A DNA stretch of 64,000 nt from Octopus vulgaris. Lineage: Eukaryota. Each line of letters starts with the position of its first letter. Position 1 is the first letter of the stretch. Location: NCBI GenBank assembly GCA_951406725.2, contig OX597836.1:49724001-49788000 (forward strand). Direction: 5' to 3'. The position numbers and the translations under genes were made by a program. The notes beneath the pieces are model-generated. The model did not search any database, was not told the origin of the DNA, and saw only the letters and a list, made by a program, of their open reading frames with translations. Positions 63,998-64,000 of this stretch are shown piece by piece.

Positions 63998-64000
63998 TAC

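Overview
Repeat-saturated animal genomic DNA, most likely a coleoid cephalopod such as Octopus (inferred from the SINE families and the (TA)n/(CA)n/(TACA)n density; not verified). There is one convincing host gene: an intronless GT31 beta-1,3-galactosyltransferase-type CDS at 48599-49732. The rest is mobile DNA: decayed CR1/L2-like, RTE-like and R4/Dong LINEs, tRNA-derived SINEs, Helitron/Helentron-type and mariner MITEs, Merlin and MULE transposase remnants, an 18-bp satellite and a 66-bp minisatellite. The most striking theme is Penelope-like elements (PLEs). A young copy at 37916-42170 has an uninterrupted RT + GIY-YIG ORF with long Asn-rich inserts, and inverted pseudo-LTRs that each carry a type I hammerhead ribozyme (HHR) with an expanded helix II. 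About ten further intact or degenerate HHR motifs from different families are present, and several small fold-back palindromes are built from the 3' halves of these HHR-bearing pLTRs. All calls were made by eye; boundaries of decayed elements are approximate.
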